Source of the DNA: Balanoglossus misakiensis | Lineage: Eukaryota > Animalia > Hemichordata | NCBI GenBank assembly: GCA_040954595.2 | Contig: CM082583.2 | Location: 10,367,656-10,431,655, forward strand | Direction of reading: 5' to 3' | DNA length: 64,000 bases | Part shown: positions 26,701-38,200 of the stretch, piece by piece | Layout: each line of letters starts with the position of its first letter | Position numbering within the stretch: the first letter of the stretch is position 1 | Program-made: the position numbers and the translations under genes | Notes under the pieces: model-generated | Told to the model about the DNA's origin: nothing | Database searches by the model: none | Seen by the model: only the letters and a program-made list of their open reading frames with translations

Positions 26701-29700
26701 TAGCTATTTTCCTATCATTGTATCCAAACGTCAAGTTTAAATTCGAACCCACATATGATCAACTAAACTCTTGACAAAAAACGTCAGCTAGAATAGCATG
26801 ACAACATAAATATTTATGATCTGTATATAACAAAATGAGAATGAGGCATACAGAAAGATAAAAGCATACACCAAAAACTTAGATGAGAAACAATAACTTT
26901 TTCCAGTGTGGCCTTATGTCATCCAATACTGAAATTTACAAATGATAAAATAGATACAGACATGTTTTAAAATATAATTTTAATCAGGATTAATGTACAT
27001 TCTGTAATACAACATACAACAAACTTCTATGCAGAGAATAGTCAATGACCTAATGATACCAAAAGACTGAAATTCGTATACTTTCATTAATAATTAAAAT
27101 TTATTTCACATGTTCACAGCGGTATCATTTTACATGGGCTTTCATAGCTAGTGGGGGTGTTATGTGTCATTTGACCTCCAGGTCACAGTACTGTTCTTTT
27201 GTTTTCACAGTCTATACAACTGTGTATAAAAAGTCTGAACATGCACATCCATTTAGTACATACTGTACCAATAGGTATCACCTACATTCCATGTTTAACC
27301 ATTTTAAATGTGAGATGAAATATACACATACATTGTACTGGCATAATTTTTCATGCTATAATATTCAAATTTAACCATCATCATGCCGTATTATTCCAAT
27401 TTAATTAATCTTTTTAGATCTGGATAACATCCATTTCTGCCATGCAGTTAAGCGTAATGTCATGATTTATAAATATTTTTATAATCTAGTCTATTTAGAA
27501 ATGACAAGACTCCATTACCACGCCAGATTGATCTCCTTGTACTACACCAAGAATCCGTAAAATTTTCACCATTTGGATAAATTCCACCGTCCTGTCCATG
27601 TTTACTTGCAACTCACTCATCATATAACTCATCCTGAATCATTTACCTCCTGAATATTCCATGGAAAATTATAAAAACAAAATCACAGTTTCATCATTGA
27701 AACATTTGGTGTAATCCCATGGAAGCACTGATGCCAGGTCTAATTCTACAGCTGTTGTTTGTTATGCAAATTTATGACAACATATGGAATGATGGATTTG
27801 AAACTACATCAACTGGTATGTGAAACCGCACTTATCCGGCAAACAGTAATAGAGCGGAAATGATTTGCATATCTCCACAGTATGCATGCTGTGAGGGCAG
27901 AATTCAATTAGCCTCCGGCATTTCCAGAATTACAAACTTGAATCAATCAGTATAATAATATGCCAATCATCACTGAGTACCTCTGACATGGCCAGAAATT
28001 TCACTCAATGTGGCACTTATGACAAAGAAATAAATGACCATATGAAACAAAACAGAATATACAACTGTAGAATCTGCTTAATTTTTACCACTTTTTTCTA
28101 GTAAAATTCTATTGAAATTACAGGGAAAATTGCTATATACCTACACTTTACATGATAGCAAACAAAAAGTTGAAATATGATGCAGAAAATTGTCTATGGG
28201 GGAAATATTTCAAGGGTACTACCATGGCGAGGGTTGGCCGTATGTGGCGTACTTTTCACACATGAACTGATGAAAAGTGCAATGACCTTTGTCGTGCAAA
28301 TATGAACAAAGGACCATGCGAATCCAAACTTTTTTCAAATTTGACAAACTCTGTGCGGTTTCTTGTAGAATGTATTATAAAATACGTATTTTCGGCTAGT
28401 TATTGGATATTTTCGTCTCAAATTTACGCGATCTAGAATGATATATAGTCTGCCAAGTAGAAGTGTACCGTCTCAACTTTCACGCATCTCTTACCTTCAA
28501 TATTTCTCGTCGACGTCATGTCGCAAAAAACTGTCAAATTTTCCTCCTTGTAAACTTTTATCAAACTCTAATAGTAATATTTTCATCGCATCGAAAGTTC
28601 AACTTGTAAACTGAGCTAGAACTTGATGAAAAACGCAACAAGGATGCGGGCAATTCCCAGCTAAATTACGGATGCAGGCCACACACGGCCAACAGTCAGC
28701 ACGTCTTTCCGGACGTCGTGTATGGCGATAGTCTGTCAGTCTGGTATTCAAAATCCGGTGTATTAGGATTACAAACAGACATGCTAGTCCAAATATTTCC
28801 TAGCGTGCCACGTTGCACAGCTGTAGACATACTATCAACAAAGTTTATCAACAACATCCAGTTCCCCGCCAGCTCTCCTCCTCGAGCAGGCAATTTCTTC
28901 TGTGACCTCACGTGACCTTGTTGAAATGGGTCATTGGTTCGTTTCATTTCATTCTTGGGGTGTTACAGCATACTATTCTAACGAGTTTTAACACCATTTA
29001 TAATTATTATTATTAAAAAATATACATATTGCTAATAGTTAGGCTGGAAATTGTACAAAGAGGTAAGATACCTCAAAAAATTAATTCCTGTTATCTAAAC
29101 ATGTTAAGAAACCCTTCAAAATTAAAGGGACAAAGTCTCTCTCTCGCTCTTCTTTTCCCATTTATTATGTTTGATTCACTACACTGTCTATGCTAATGCA
29201 CATGTGGATATATAGTGAATCAACATTCAACCATCACGTTTGTAGGATATATGAGAGTAAAAATCTCGGCAAAATGAATAAATGGTAAACACCGAATATT
29301 CATTTTGCTCTCGCGTCTACAAGTGGGATGGAAGGTGTGTGTGGTTGAACTATGAGTAAAATTTCTACATAATGTTTACCATAGAGATTTTCAAAGTCAC
29401 TAAATTTGGCGGCCATTTTGAATGCCATAGACTAAGCACAGATATAGGCGGCCATTTTGAACCTCAAATTTGGCGGCCATTTTGAAAGTCTTAATTTTAA
29501 GACAATTTTGAAAAGACCCCCCCCCCCCCCCCCCCCTCATTTAATGAGTAAATGAAAAATTATTTTCGGCAAGAAATGAATAATCTAAAGTAGCCAAAAA
29601 TGAATAATCAGTGTTTACCATTTATTCATTTTGGCGAGATTTTTACTCTCACATATATATGCAGGATGGAAGTTGTTTGTGGTTGAACGTTGATTCACTA

Positions 29701-32700
29701 TATACATGTATTCACATGTACTTAACATCAATGGTGTCTTGTATCAAACTTACTTAATGGGAAAAGGGCAGCAAGAGAGAGACTTTGTCCTTTTAAGTGG
29801 AACATCCTTAAACTTTTTTCAGTTCAAAAGAAATGAGACTGAGAGTTTGGAAATACAAAAGATAGCAGAATGATTTTGCTTGAATAATCAGTAAATTTAA
29901 GAGCACAATCACCTTGGGTGTTTGAATACAGTTATGAATATAAATGATACACAACAAAACAAGCTGTCAGCTGTCATAAATTACTATATTTGTATTGTTA
30001 AAGCTTTGTAATCCCTTGATAATTAGCTAACATCTGCAGAGAATGATGCATTTATTCAAATATCATGGGTGATAAATTAACAAACAACTACCCTGGACTT
30101 GTCAATGATGAAAATGGGTTGTTCTCCATGTAGTATATGGGCCCTCTTCCAAACAGAACATTACCAGATTACAGATTACAGCCAAGAATCAGCAAAACTC
30201 TACATCTGATTTTAATCAGATTGGGAAAGACATACCTGTTTCTGTTGATGATGTCCTGTAACCACATGATTGGAATCATCGAGCAAACCAGATGACACAG
30301 AGCAAACACTGTGTCTGGATGAAGCTATGTCTTCTTCAATCCCTGATGAATTGTAATCGATGCCACCCGGACTATAACTTTCTTGAAATCTGCCGGTCAA
30401 TGGGTTGCTCCGATCAGGAGTGGTTGCTTTACCTGTACAATAACAAAATAAAGTGTCAAGTTATTAAGTTATGCGAAATTTCTGTAATCATTCAATGTTT
30501 CATGCTTTGGTAAAATACTTTATGTTCAAAGAAGAATAAATTTCATAACAAATATACATACTTCTGACAGGAGTATCCTGTGATTTCTTGATGGGCACTG
30601 GTATCATAGAGTGAGCTCTTGGAGAGGATTTGGGACGGCCATTAAAGTCACCATCTTTACTCAGCAAAGATGAAGTAGACTTGATGGTTTTTGTTGATGT
30701 TCTTCCTTTGCTGGGTCCTGTGACCAAATACAATGAAATTGGGGATTTCTGTTAATGTCAATGTATCAGCAGAAAGAATAAACAAGTTGACAAATTGAAG
30801 GGTCACTTGGAGATCATCACAGTCCAAATTTCTTTGCATACCTGATTCTGGATGACTTGATACATCTGAGATAGAGTAGAACGAAGCATTTGAATTCTTC
30901 GTGTCCACACTCCCAGGACTTGCTTGACTTGATGAACTGAAATAGGAAGTAGGGCCAGACTTATTACTTACCAAGGTACTATCAAAGTCTTGTTAACACT
31001 TGTTTATAACTATTTGACTTATATTGCTACATTATTTGCTATGAGTTTGCTGATGAAAAGTTAATTTTTTTCAACTCTCTTCATTTTCTCACCTTGAATA
31101 GTCAACATGGGTGTTCAAGATGGCGCCATCATTTGGGTGTTCCATACTACTGCCATACACCAATTGTGGAGTGTGGGACATTGAGATTGAACTAATATCA
31201 GTACTCTCACTCCTCAAGCTGCTGTAGCCCTGAAATTCTGTCTGGTGTGATTCTGAATCTATAGCTGCAATCAAAGAGATATGTCAGTTAATTGTTTCAC
31301 TGAAAATGCTGTTCTGGTGGTATACTGCTTTGTAATGTGCTGATTTTCTGGTCAGTTCTTACAGACCAATAGAAGACTTAGAGCAGCATGTGAAAGTCTC
31401 CAACAGCAAAACAGGCCAAAATGGCATAAGTTCTAATATAGAGCCTATAGTGAACTCTAGATTTGGTCAATTTTCTAATGTCTATCAGTCATGCAATGAT
31501 AACAATGGCTGGTCAATAACAACTTCACACTGATCAACACCACACAATTTCATGAATTAGAAAGTAAACACAGTACCTGCCGCCGCTCTCTTTGGATTCA
31601 ATGGAGCACGTTCAAGATATCCATGTCTTCCCTGTCAAGTACAAAAAATTAGCACTCAGAGCTTAGTACACATTCAGTTGCTTTCTTTCACAGAAACACG
31701 CTATATCTGACACCTGAGTGCACACGAAACCCCACAAAATTTCAACATCATTGATTGGGGCATTCTGCTACACAAAAGTGAGCGAGCAGTTAATCTCATT
31801 AAAATGTGAAAGACGCCAATAAAAGTAATTTATAGGCAGGTCTGGTCCCACCCATTTCCAGGGAACACATTTTGGATAATTTCTATAGCATACTCCATCA
31901 CAATGGCATAATTTATTCATTCATTCTCTGGGTGACATGTTGATGAATGTTTCCTTTTAGGTTTCAAATTCAAATTTTGCATTGTTGAATGTTAAATACA
32001 AACTCTTGCTTTGGATAGAGTGTTCATTTTCACCAATAGTTAAGTATGTGAAAAATTGCTGTATTATGCTGCATTGCTCATTATTGCAAGAATCCATGCA
32101 GTTATTGGAAATTCAATTCACCATGTGAGAAATGGTTCAGTTCACAGTAGACTTTTACAAATATCCTGTTTCAACATAGTCTGCAAACAAACTTCAAAAA
32201 CAGAACACTGGATTTAACAGAGGCTCAGGTTTTGTTTTGAAAAACTAACCTTTAAATTTCACACACTTTACATAGTGTCTATAACTGTCTTCTTGGAGGG
32301 TTATACAGTCAAATTCATGTGACATACACAGCAAATGGAAGGTCAAAATGGAACTAGACTTGAAAACAACAACCCTGGTTCGGTCAAAGAAATCAACTTG
32401 GCTGCTACCCAAATTCGTTAAACCATAGTGTACATTAGCAACTATTGTTGCTGACATTGTCGCGTGTATCTGACCTCTTTAAATCTAAACAAATGAACAC
32501 CAAAGCTTTACCTTTCATAATCTCCCCGCTACCAGATGCCTGTCTGACACAACGTACACACACAGATTCTATTGCTACCTGTCTTGGGACTTGCCACAAA
32601 AAACAGACTGATCAATTTTGATTTCAAAGCCCCCGAGTGAATCTCAAAGAAGTAACGCAAGACTTTACGTAATGGTCTTTGACTTTTCCTCAGGCAGTTC

Positions 32701-35069
32701 CAGCATCAATTGCCAGCCGCTGAACAGGTGAGTCAAATCCACCTGGACTTTCCCACTTTTAACTTGAATACAGAGTGTTGAAAAGCTCCCTTATTTTCAA
32801 ATGACCAAAACTAATGATACTGAAATAACTTCATTTCTTTTTTACTTTTAATGAGATAAATGTATTGAATCCTTAATCACAGAAGAGAGTTTTTTAAAAT
32901 ATTACTAAATCTAACCCATTTTGTAAAATAGAATCTTCCACCACAGGCTGGCTTTTCCAAACAAAGTGTAATACTAGGCGTTGATGGGGGCCACTAGAGT
33001 ATTCTAAAGAATGGGGAATTTATTCTGGGGTTGTTTACTTCCTGAGAGCAATGGGACCTGGTAACAGGTAGTTAGAATTACATGTTGAAGCACATTTACA
33101 TTTATATACACACAACATTTCTTACAAAATGTTCTCCTTCAAGTTTTTCTCAGAGGATATGATTTACAGTACAGTATTAATTTTTGATTATAATACTCTG
33201 GTTATTAAAATCCTTTCATAAATATGAATACATACCACTTTGACATATTTCACAATTACACCTGCCACACGCCAACCACTTCCCTGAAGAAAAAAAGAGA
33301 GAAAAATTTACCCCCACTCACATGGTTGAAATGTACAGATAAATCAATGTAAAATGATAACCTCTTTTCATTTATGTAAAAACAAATCATTCGGCAGTAA
33401 TGTCAATGCATTGTCTCTGATGCATAAAAGCATGTCTATGTTTTATTTTGCTGGTCTCTTTTTAATGCTGGCAGATATTATCTATTGATGGCCATTTTTG
33501 TCACAAACCATGTGCTTTCAAAGTGGCAATGATCATGGAAAGTGCACATGAAATATTCAGGAGCGAGGGAATTGTTGATTTGATGTCAAGTGACAGCTTT
33601 ATGGAAATCAGAATGAGAAATTACTTCCGTAATTGGCCAGCACATCCTGCTTTAATCTCACCCATGGAAACCCAATTAAGACTTCAGTGCATTTTGATTA
33701 CGCTGGCAAACATACCTTTCCTTTATGAAAGCCTTTTCCTGTCTTAGTTCTGCTCTCTGAGATGGTAAAAGGGAGAAGAAAACACATTTAAAAGGGATAT
33801 AAAAGTGTTAGTGTTTGGGGCCATGTTTATCTGCATCAGAAAAATCACATTTTATTTTCTCTTGTTTCAAAAAAACGTCAGTGACAGTATGTTGACACAA
33901 GTTTAATTGTACATAACTTTATTGTAAGAATTATTAGGGTGACAATGAACTCAGATGGTTTTGTGCTATATTCGGGGTACATCAGAAAATATGTGCCTGT
34001 ATTAAGATCCATTTATTATTAGTGTATGTGCTCACAAAGCTTGAACAGGATAGAATATTAGATAAAAATGTTTCTATTCAGACATTAAGATCAGAACTGA
34101 GGTGACCAAAGTTGTTTCAGGTCTTCACCAAGAAGGAAGAGAGAGAGGAGGTAGGATGGTGTCAGCAAATTGAATTCGACACTTACTAACTTTCTCTACG
34201 TTTGGAGGATGAACTTTGATGGTAAGGTGGTTGGGTGGACAACATACAACACGGACAGAACATAAAAAACAACACAACAAACGTTATATTAAGAATATAT
34301 GAAAACAATGATAACTTAAAGGGCGGGGTCATTTTTGGGTAAATCGGACGCTCGTTTATAGGCTAAATAAAATAAATATCACATTTCCAAGTTACTTTGA
34401 TATCAAATGTGCTGGTTTCAGGGTCTCCCCGAACAGTAGGAACAATGCCGGTGGTGTGTCACCAAAAAGTCGCACATGAAATGACAGCAATGAACTCAAT
34501 CGGCACACTCTTTCCATACCTTTACCCTGCCGGTGTTTTCTTTTCTTTTTCGCATCAATGGATTGATTTTCATTCACTTCTGTCAACTTGCTAGTTTTCT
34601 TGCTGCGTCGTGCTTTCTGCAATTAAAAGTGCGCGCAATATTAATATTTAGGCCCGGTCGAAATATTGACACTCGTGGTTCTCACGACTTTGTGTAAAAC
34701 GAAGTTATCATCTTAATGGAAATATTGTAAGACGTTACTTGCCTCGCTTTGGCTCGACTCCTCTTCCACCACCGTCTCAAGACGTTCTGCAACGAAATGA
34801 ATATGGTAAAAGTTTCTTGAAGTAAAAAATACAACCTTTGATTTCTGCGGACATAAAAATGTATCTGACAAACTGCGAAAAGCACGCAGCAATCGTATTG
34901 AATTGTGACAGACAGGTGTTCCTTGTTCAAACGAAGCCATTAAAGAAACGGGGTTATTAATCATCGCCGAACACACGAAACCTTGCGTACCCACTGCCAG
35001 CTGATCCTCACCATTGGTCTTCCTTTTCCCGGGTAAACTTTTGGCCATTATGAGAGCCTTTGCTCGCAT
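14747..35069 (-). CDS. Coiled-coil gene B, inverted paralog of gene A. Core exons (minus strand): 31631-31577, 31264-31093, 30936-30842, 30717-30562, 30432-30236, 26363-26318, 25249-25014, 24516-24349, 24186-24010, 23551-23516, 23172-23005, 22774-22212, 21328-21217, 21078-20890, 20723-20508, 20315-20165, 20012-19751, 19611-19350, 18283-18080, 17816-17637, 17464-17370, 17212-17138, 16993-16853, 16716-16615, 15922-15869, 15445-15337, 15227-15079, 14948-14747; less certain 5' exons 35069-34991, 34786-34743, 34616-~34520
   Basis: Chain of minus-strand exons with AG/GT boundaries and compatible phases, giving a Ser-rich N-terminal region and then a long heptad region ending ...GPTSLPS*. Clear similarity to gene A, e.g. 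IASLENELSIERAFRSVEKIQIQALNDEMTSLRQLL vs LSQLQSELNREKTFRAVEQQQLQAANEEIEHLRQTL, and KQIQKQ in both. Minus-strand AATAAA at 14486-14491. The true 5' end is uncertain. Confidence 0.85.
17221..17247. repeat. (GAAT)6+ microsatellite, intronic, next to a gene B splice acceptor
   Basis: gaatgaatgaatgaatgaatgaatgaa seen directly. Confidence 0.95.
22212..22774 (-). repeat. Gene B exon made of ~8 copies of a 21-aa repeat
   Basis: LAEVRQKQAESLQKELNNIRN / LADERLKEIRKLQQGLRNTQR / LAEGREQEIDSLQQELVGTSG / LAEDRIRQLEQTHQELETAKL / LADSEHREVKSLLEQLENINE / LTEERNKEVVSLRKEMETATR / WAEDKQLELETLQQDLAGIER / LAEGRQKQIDSLQ. Confidence 0.92.
29122..29796. mobile_element. Non-autonomous DNA transposon (MITE) with long imperfect terminal inverted repeats and TTAA flanks; Kolobok-like termini
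   Basis: Left ttaa|agggacaaagtctctctc...tatagtgaatcaacattcaacca...gagagtaaaaatctcggcaaaatgaataaatggtaaacac matches the reverse complement of the right end (...gtgtttaccatttattcattttggcgagatttttactctc...ggttgaacgttgattcactata...gagagagactttgtcctt|ttaa) over roughly 180-200 bp. TTAA at 29122-29125 and 29793-29796. No ORF inside. Confidence 0.82.
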
Positions 35070-35222
35070 CTACGTATAAACCTTCGCTTTTCAAGCGATG
35101 GCCTCATTACGTCACTCCAGTTGCCCAGTTACATGGACACTGGATTAAATCCTTTAGTACGTGCCGCCGAACTAGCAAAATGAACGTGGCAAAACATTTT
35201 TTCTGTGGTTTATTTTCTTAAC

Positions 35223-38200
35223 CGTCGCTTGAATATGACATAGCGGTTCGTTCTTTGCTGCTTTGAAATTAGCTATTGTATTCTTTTGTCGTCGTCTTTG
35301 TGTCACAGACATGGCACGCATCATTGTTTTCTCAGATGACCTGGAATATAGGTACAGTACTTCATTTGCCCAATCAACTACTGTATGTCGAGCGAGCGTC
35401 GTCATTCTGCCTCGACACACTGCTTAACCGTCCTACACAGGCCTCTGCACCATTAGAAAAGTGCTTAATAAAGGGAAAGTCTTTATGAAATTCGTAGAGC
35501 ATTTCGAAGTCCTTCTGAAAGGAAAGTGTGGGCTTTCATTTGGACCTGAAATTCGTGGTAACAAAAGACCTCGATTAAATTTACAGAATTATTGGGTAAT
35601 TTATGTTAATGGATAATTTCTCTCTGTTCAAACCACCGTTTATGTACGATTAATGTTTTATTCATTGGCAACTCGTTTCTATAGAATGTCAAATAATCAG
35701 CAGATGTATAATGCATCGTTTGGATATATTTTTTAAAAGCCATAGTCCTCAAGGTAATTACAGTTATTTTTAGTTATGACCTTTCAGTCAAAAACAGCGT
35801 GTTACCCCGAGTCCTGTCAATCCAACATTAACTTCATATCGCTATAAAACCATTGCCATGGTGACGGCGAATGAGTGTCGCATCGTCGTGAACGACTTAG
35901 ATTTTTGTCGACCGACGTTTTTACAGCTGTCGTTGGGGGCGTTATTAACTTCACATCTCGTTTTTGGGAATCACGTTTTTTTGACAACACAATGACAGAT
36001 CCTTGAAGTTCGTATCCTTAGGCAAAGCAAATACAGTAGGGAGAGAATCTTTCTACCTGTTTATCGGCTACTAGTATGTTGATGTGGCTGTTGCAACGCA
36101 GCCGACTGAGATAACAAATGGTTGGTATTGGCACGGTTACTGGTACATGTATTGGTTATTTTTGAGGAGCACCTTGTCTACCCAGGTCACTTGTCAGTGT
36201 AGAATGTGTGGACCTTGTACGGGTTGAACTTGGCACTTTATGATAACAACCTCGAGGATGAATAAAAAGACTGACATAAATAGCGTTGAAGCCGAGTACC
36301 CGACAAGAGACTCGAACATAAATTACGTTGTTGCCGACGTCCCATTGTTGACGAAGTCGTAGAGAATTATGTCGCCGACAATGATCGTTGACGGAAGGGT
36401 TGACAACTATGCCATTGAAAATCACGCTTATTTGCTCTATCGCTCATTTTACTGCGTTTGGTTACTTGTCGACGTCGTTTCTAAAAGACGAATCTTGCTG
36501 TCAAGGAGTTTAACGCGACCTCTGACATCACATGGCAACGGGGGCTTCGTAACCTAGGATGTGGAATCTGTGACTACACGTCGACAACATTCTCCAGTTG
36601 TTCGCGCAAATTATAAATCCAGGGCATTTATACATCACAAACAATGCATACATGCGGAAAGTTGATCTCAGAAATTAAATACATGTAGGCCTACACGTTT
36701 TCTACATTCCACCTACGACTGTAATACGTCCCCCAGAAATATGAGAGAGTTGTGGTGCCCCCATAGTTTCGGACAATGAAATACATAGTTTCGGATAATA
36801 AAATATGAATGAGTTTCATTGGCGTGGTAAATGTCACTCCTCGTACCTCGCTACACTACATAGGGCCTATGTGCAAACCCAACTTTAAAACGGTGGAACC
36901 TGGTGGTTGTGTTGGTTTAATGGGGTCATGCCTACTCTCCCATCAAATTTAGTCACAATACAAGACAACAAAACATTATTTTACGAGGGGAGTGCGACCA
37001 TTCACGTGTGTTTACAACAGTCATATACAAGAAACTGTTCCTAGATGTGTGAAGTGCCACAGACACACGGTATACTCCGTGTTTCTTTCTTTTCATTTCA
37101 TCACCGAGACGCTAATAGGACTCTACTCTTCCCACTCAGACTGGCATAATTGCTTGGGGGAAATTTCGTTATTGTGTTTGCCAATTGCGAGAAAAAAAGA
37201 TTAAAATCCCATGAGATGACAGCTTCGTGATCAGTGGTCAAACTGTCAAGGACCGAAGTCAGTGTACTGTACTGGTTTTTCCACCCAGTCTGGTAAAAGT
37301 GATGGCCGGGTGGCAAATGTCTCAGTTTATCACACATGGGAAAACCAAGCTAATGTATCGCATTTGCCATGGAAACCAGCTATAAATGAAGTAATTTAGA
37401 TTCAATTCTTATAATCAAATTATGACGACCAACTGTGCATATGACTGCGCAATATCACAGCTGATACAGTCTGTGACATAAGAGCGTGTGTTGTTTCTTT
37501 CCTCCCGACAATCAGATTCCTGCGATCATCGATTCTCAGAAAATCAAAGAATTTTTTTTATAACAAATAGGTTTAAGGGAGAGTAGGTTCGTGTACTCTG
37601 TTGTCCCCGGTTGACCTTTGGAAAATGGCGCTGTTTGAAATGATATGCCTAGGATGAAGACTAGTACGTCGGAATATTACGGGTTCTGGAAATTCATTGG
37701 AAATTTATACCTTCGAGTCGTGTCATCCACCATTCTTTATTGTATTTTCAACGGGATTAGCAGACACTAAGAATAGCATGGAATCAATAGAAATCTAACA
37801 GAGGACTTCTTTAATTTATCGATCTTCCTCTTTGTGCAAAACAAGGAGAACGTGTCAAAGACATACTCAAGGACAAATTTCACGTCTACGCCTTTTCAGT
37901 CAAATGTGAATGCGATTTCCGTCAACGCACCTGTGTTAATTCGTCTGACCTACACTGTAAGGCGAAATTTATAGCGAGCAAATAGAAAAGTGTCTGCCAT
38001 TTTATTTTGTGCTGCGCATTTCTCTGATTTTGTATTCTCGCTGCATCGCGTTAGTCGAAGACACGTAATCCATATCCGCGTTTCCATGGCAGTCGTTTTA
38101 TACCTGTACATAAACTACAGCCGACGTGCAAAATATGGTATTCCATTAGGCCTACATTCCGATCGGTGAGTTATGGTTGTAACTGTGTTGACGTCGCCCG

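Noticed and set aside
29408-29485. Three spaced GGCGGCCATTTTGA repeats resembling a mini-CRISPR
   Set aside because: 14-bp units, irregular spacers, eukaryotic context, inside a MITE, no cas genes.
34836-34844. 9-nt microexon-like pattern (cag|AAATCAAAG|gttgta)
   Set aside because: Would need a 49-nt downstream intron, shorter than the other introns I delimited in this window.
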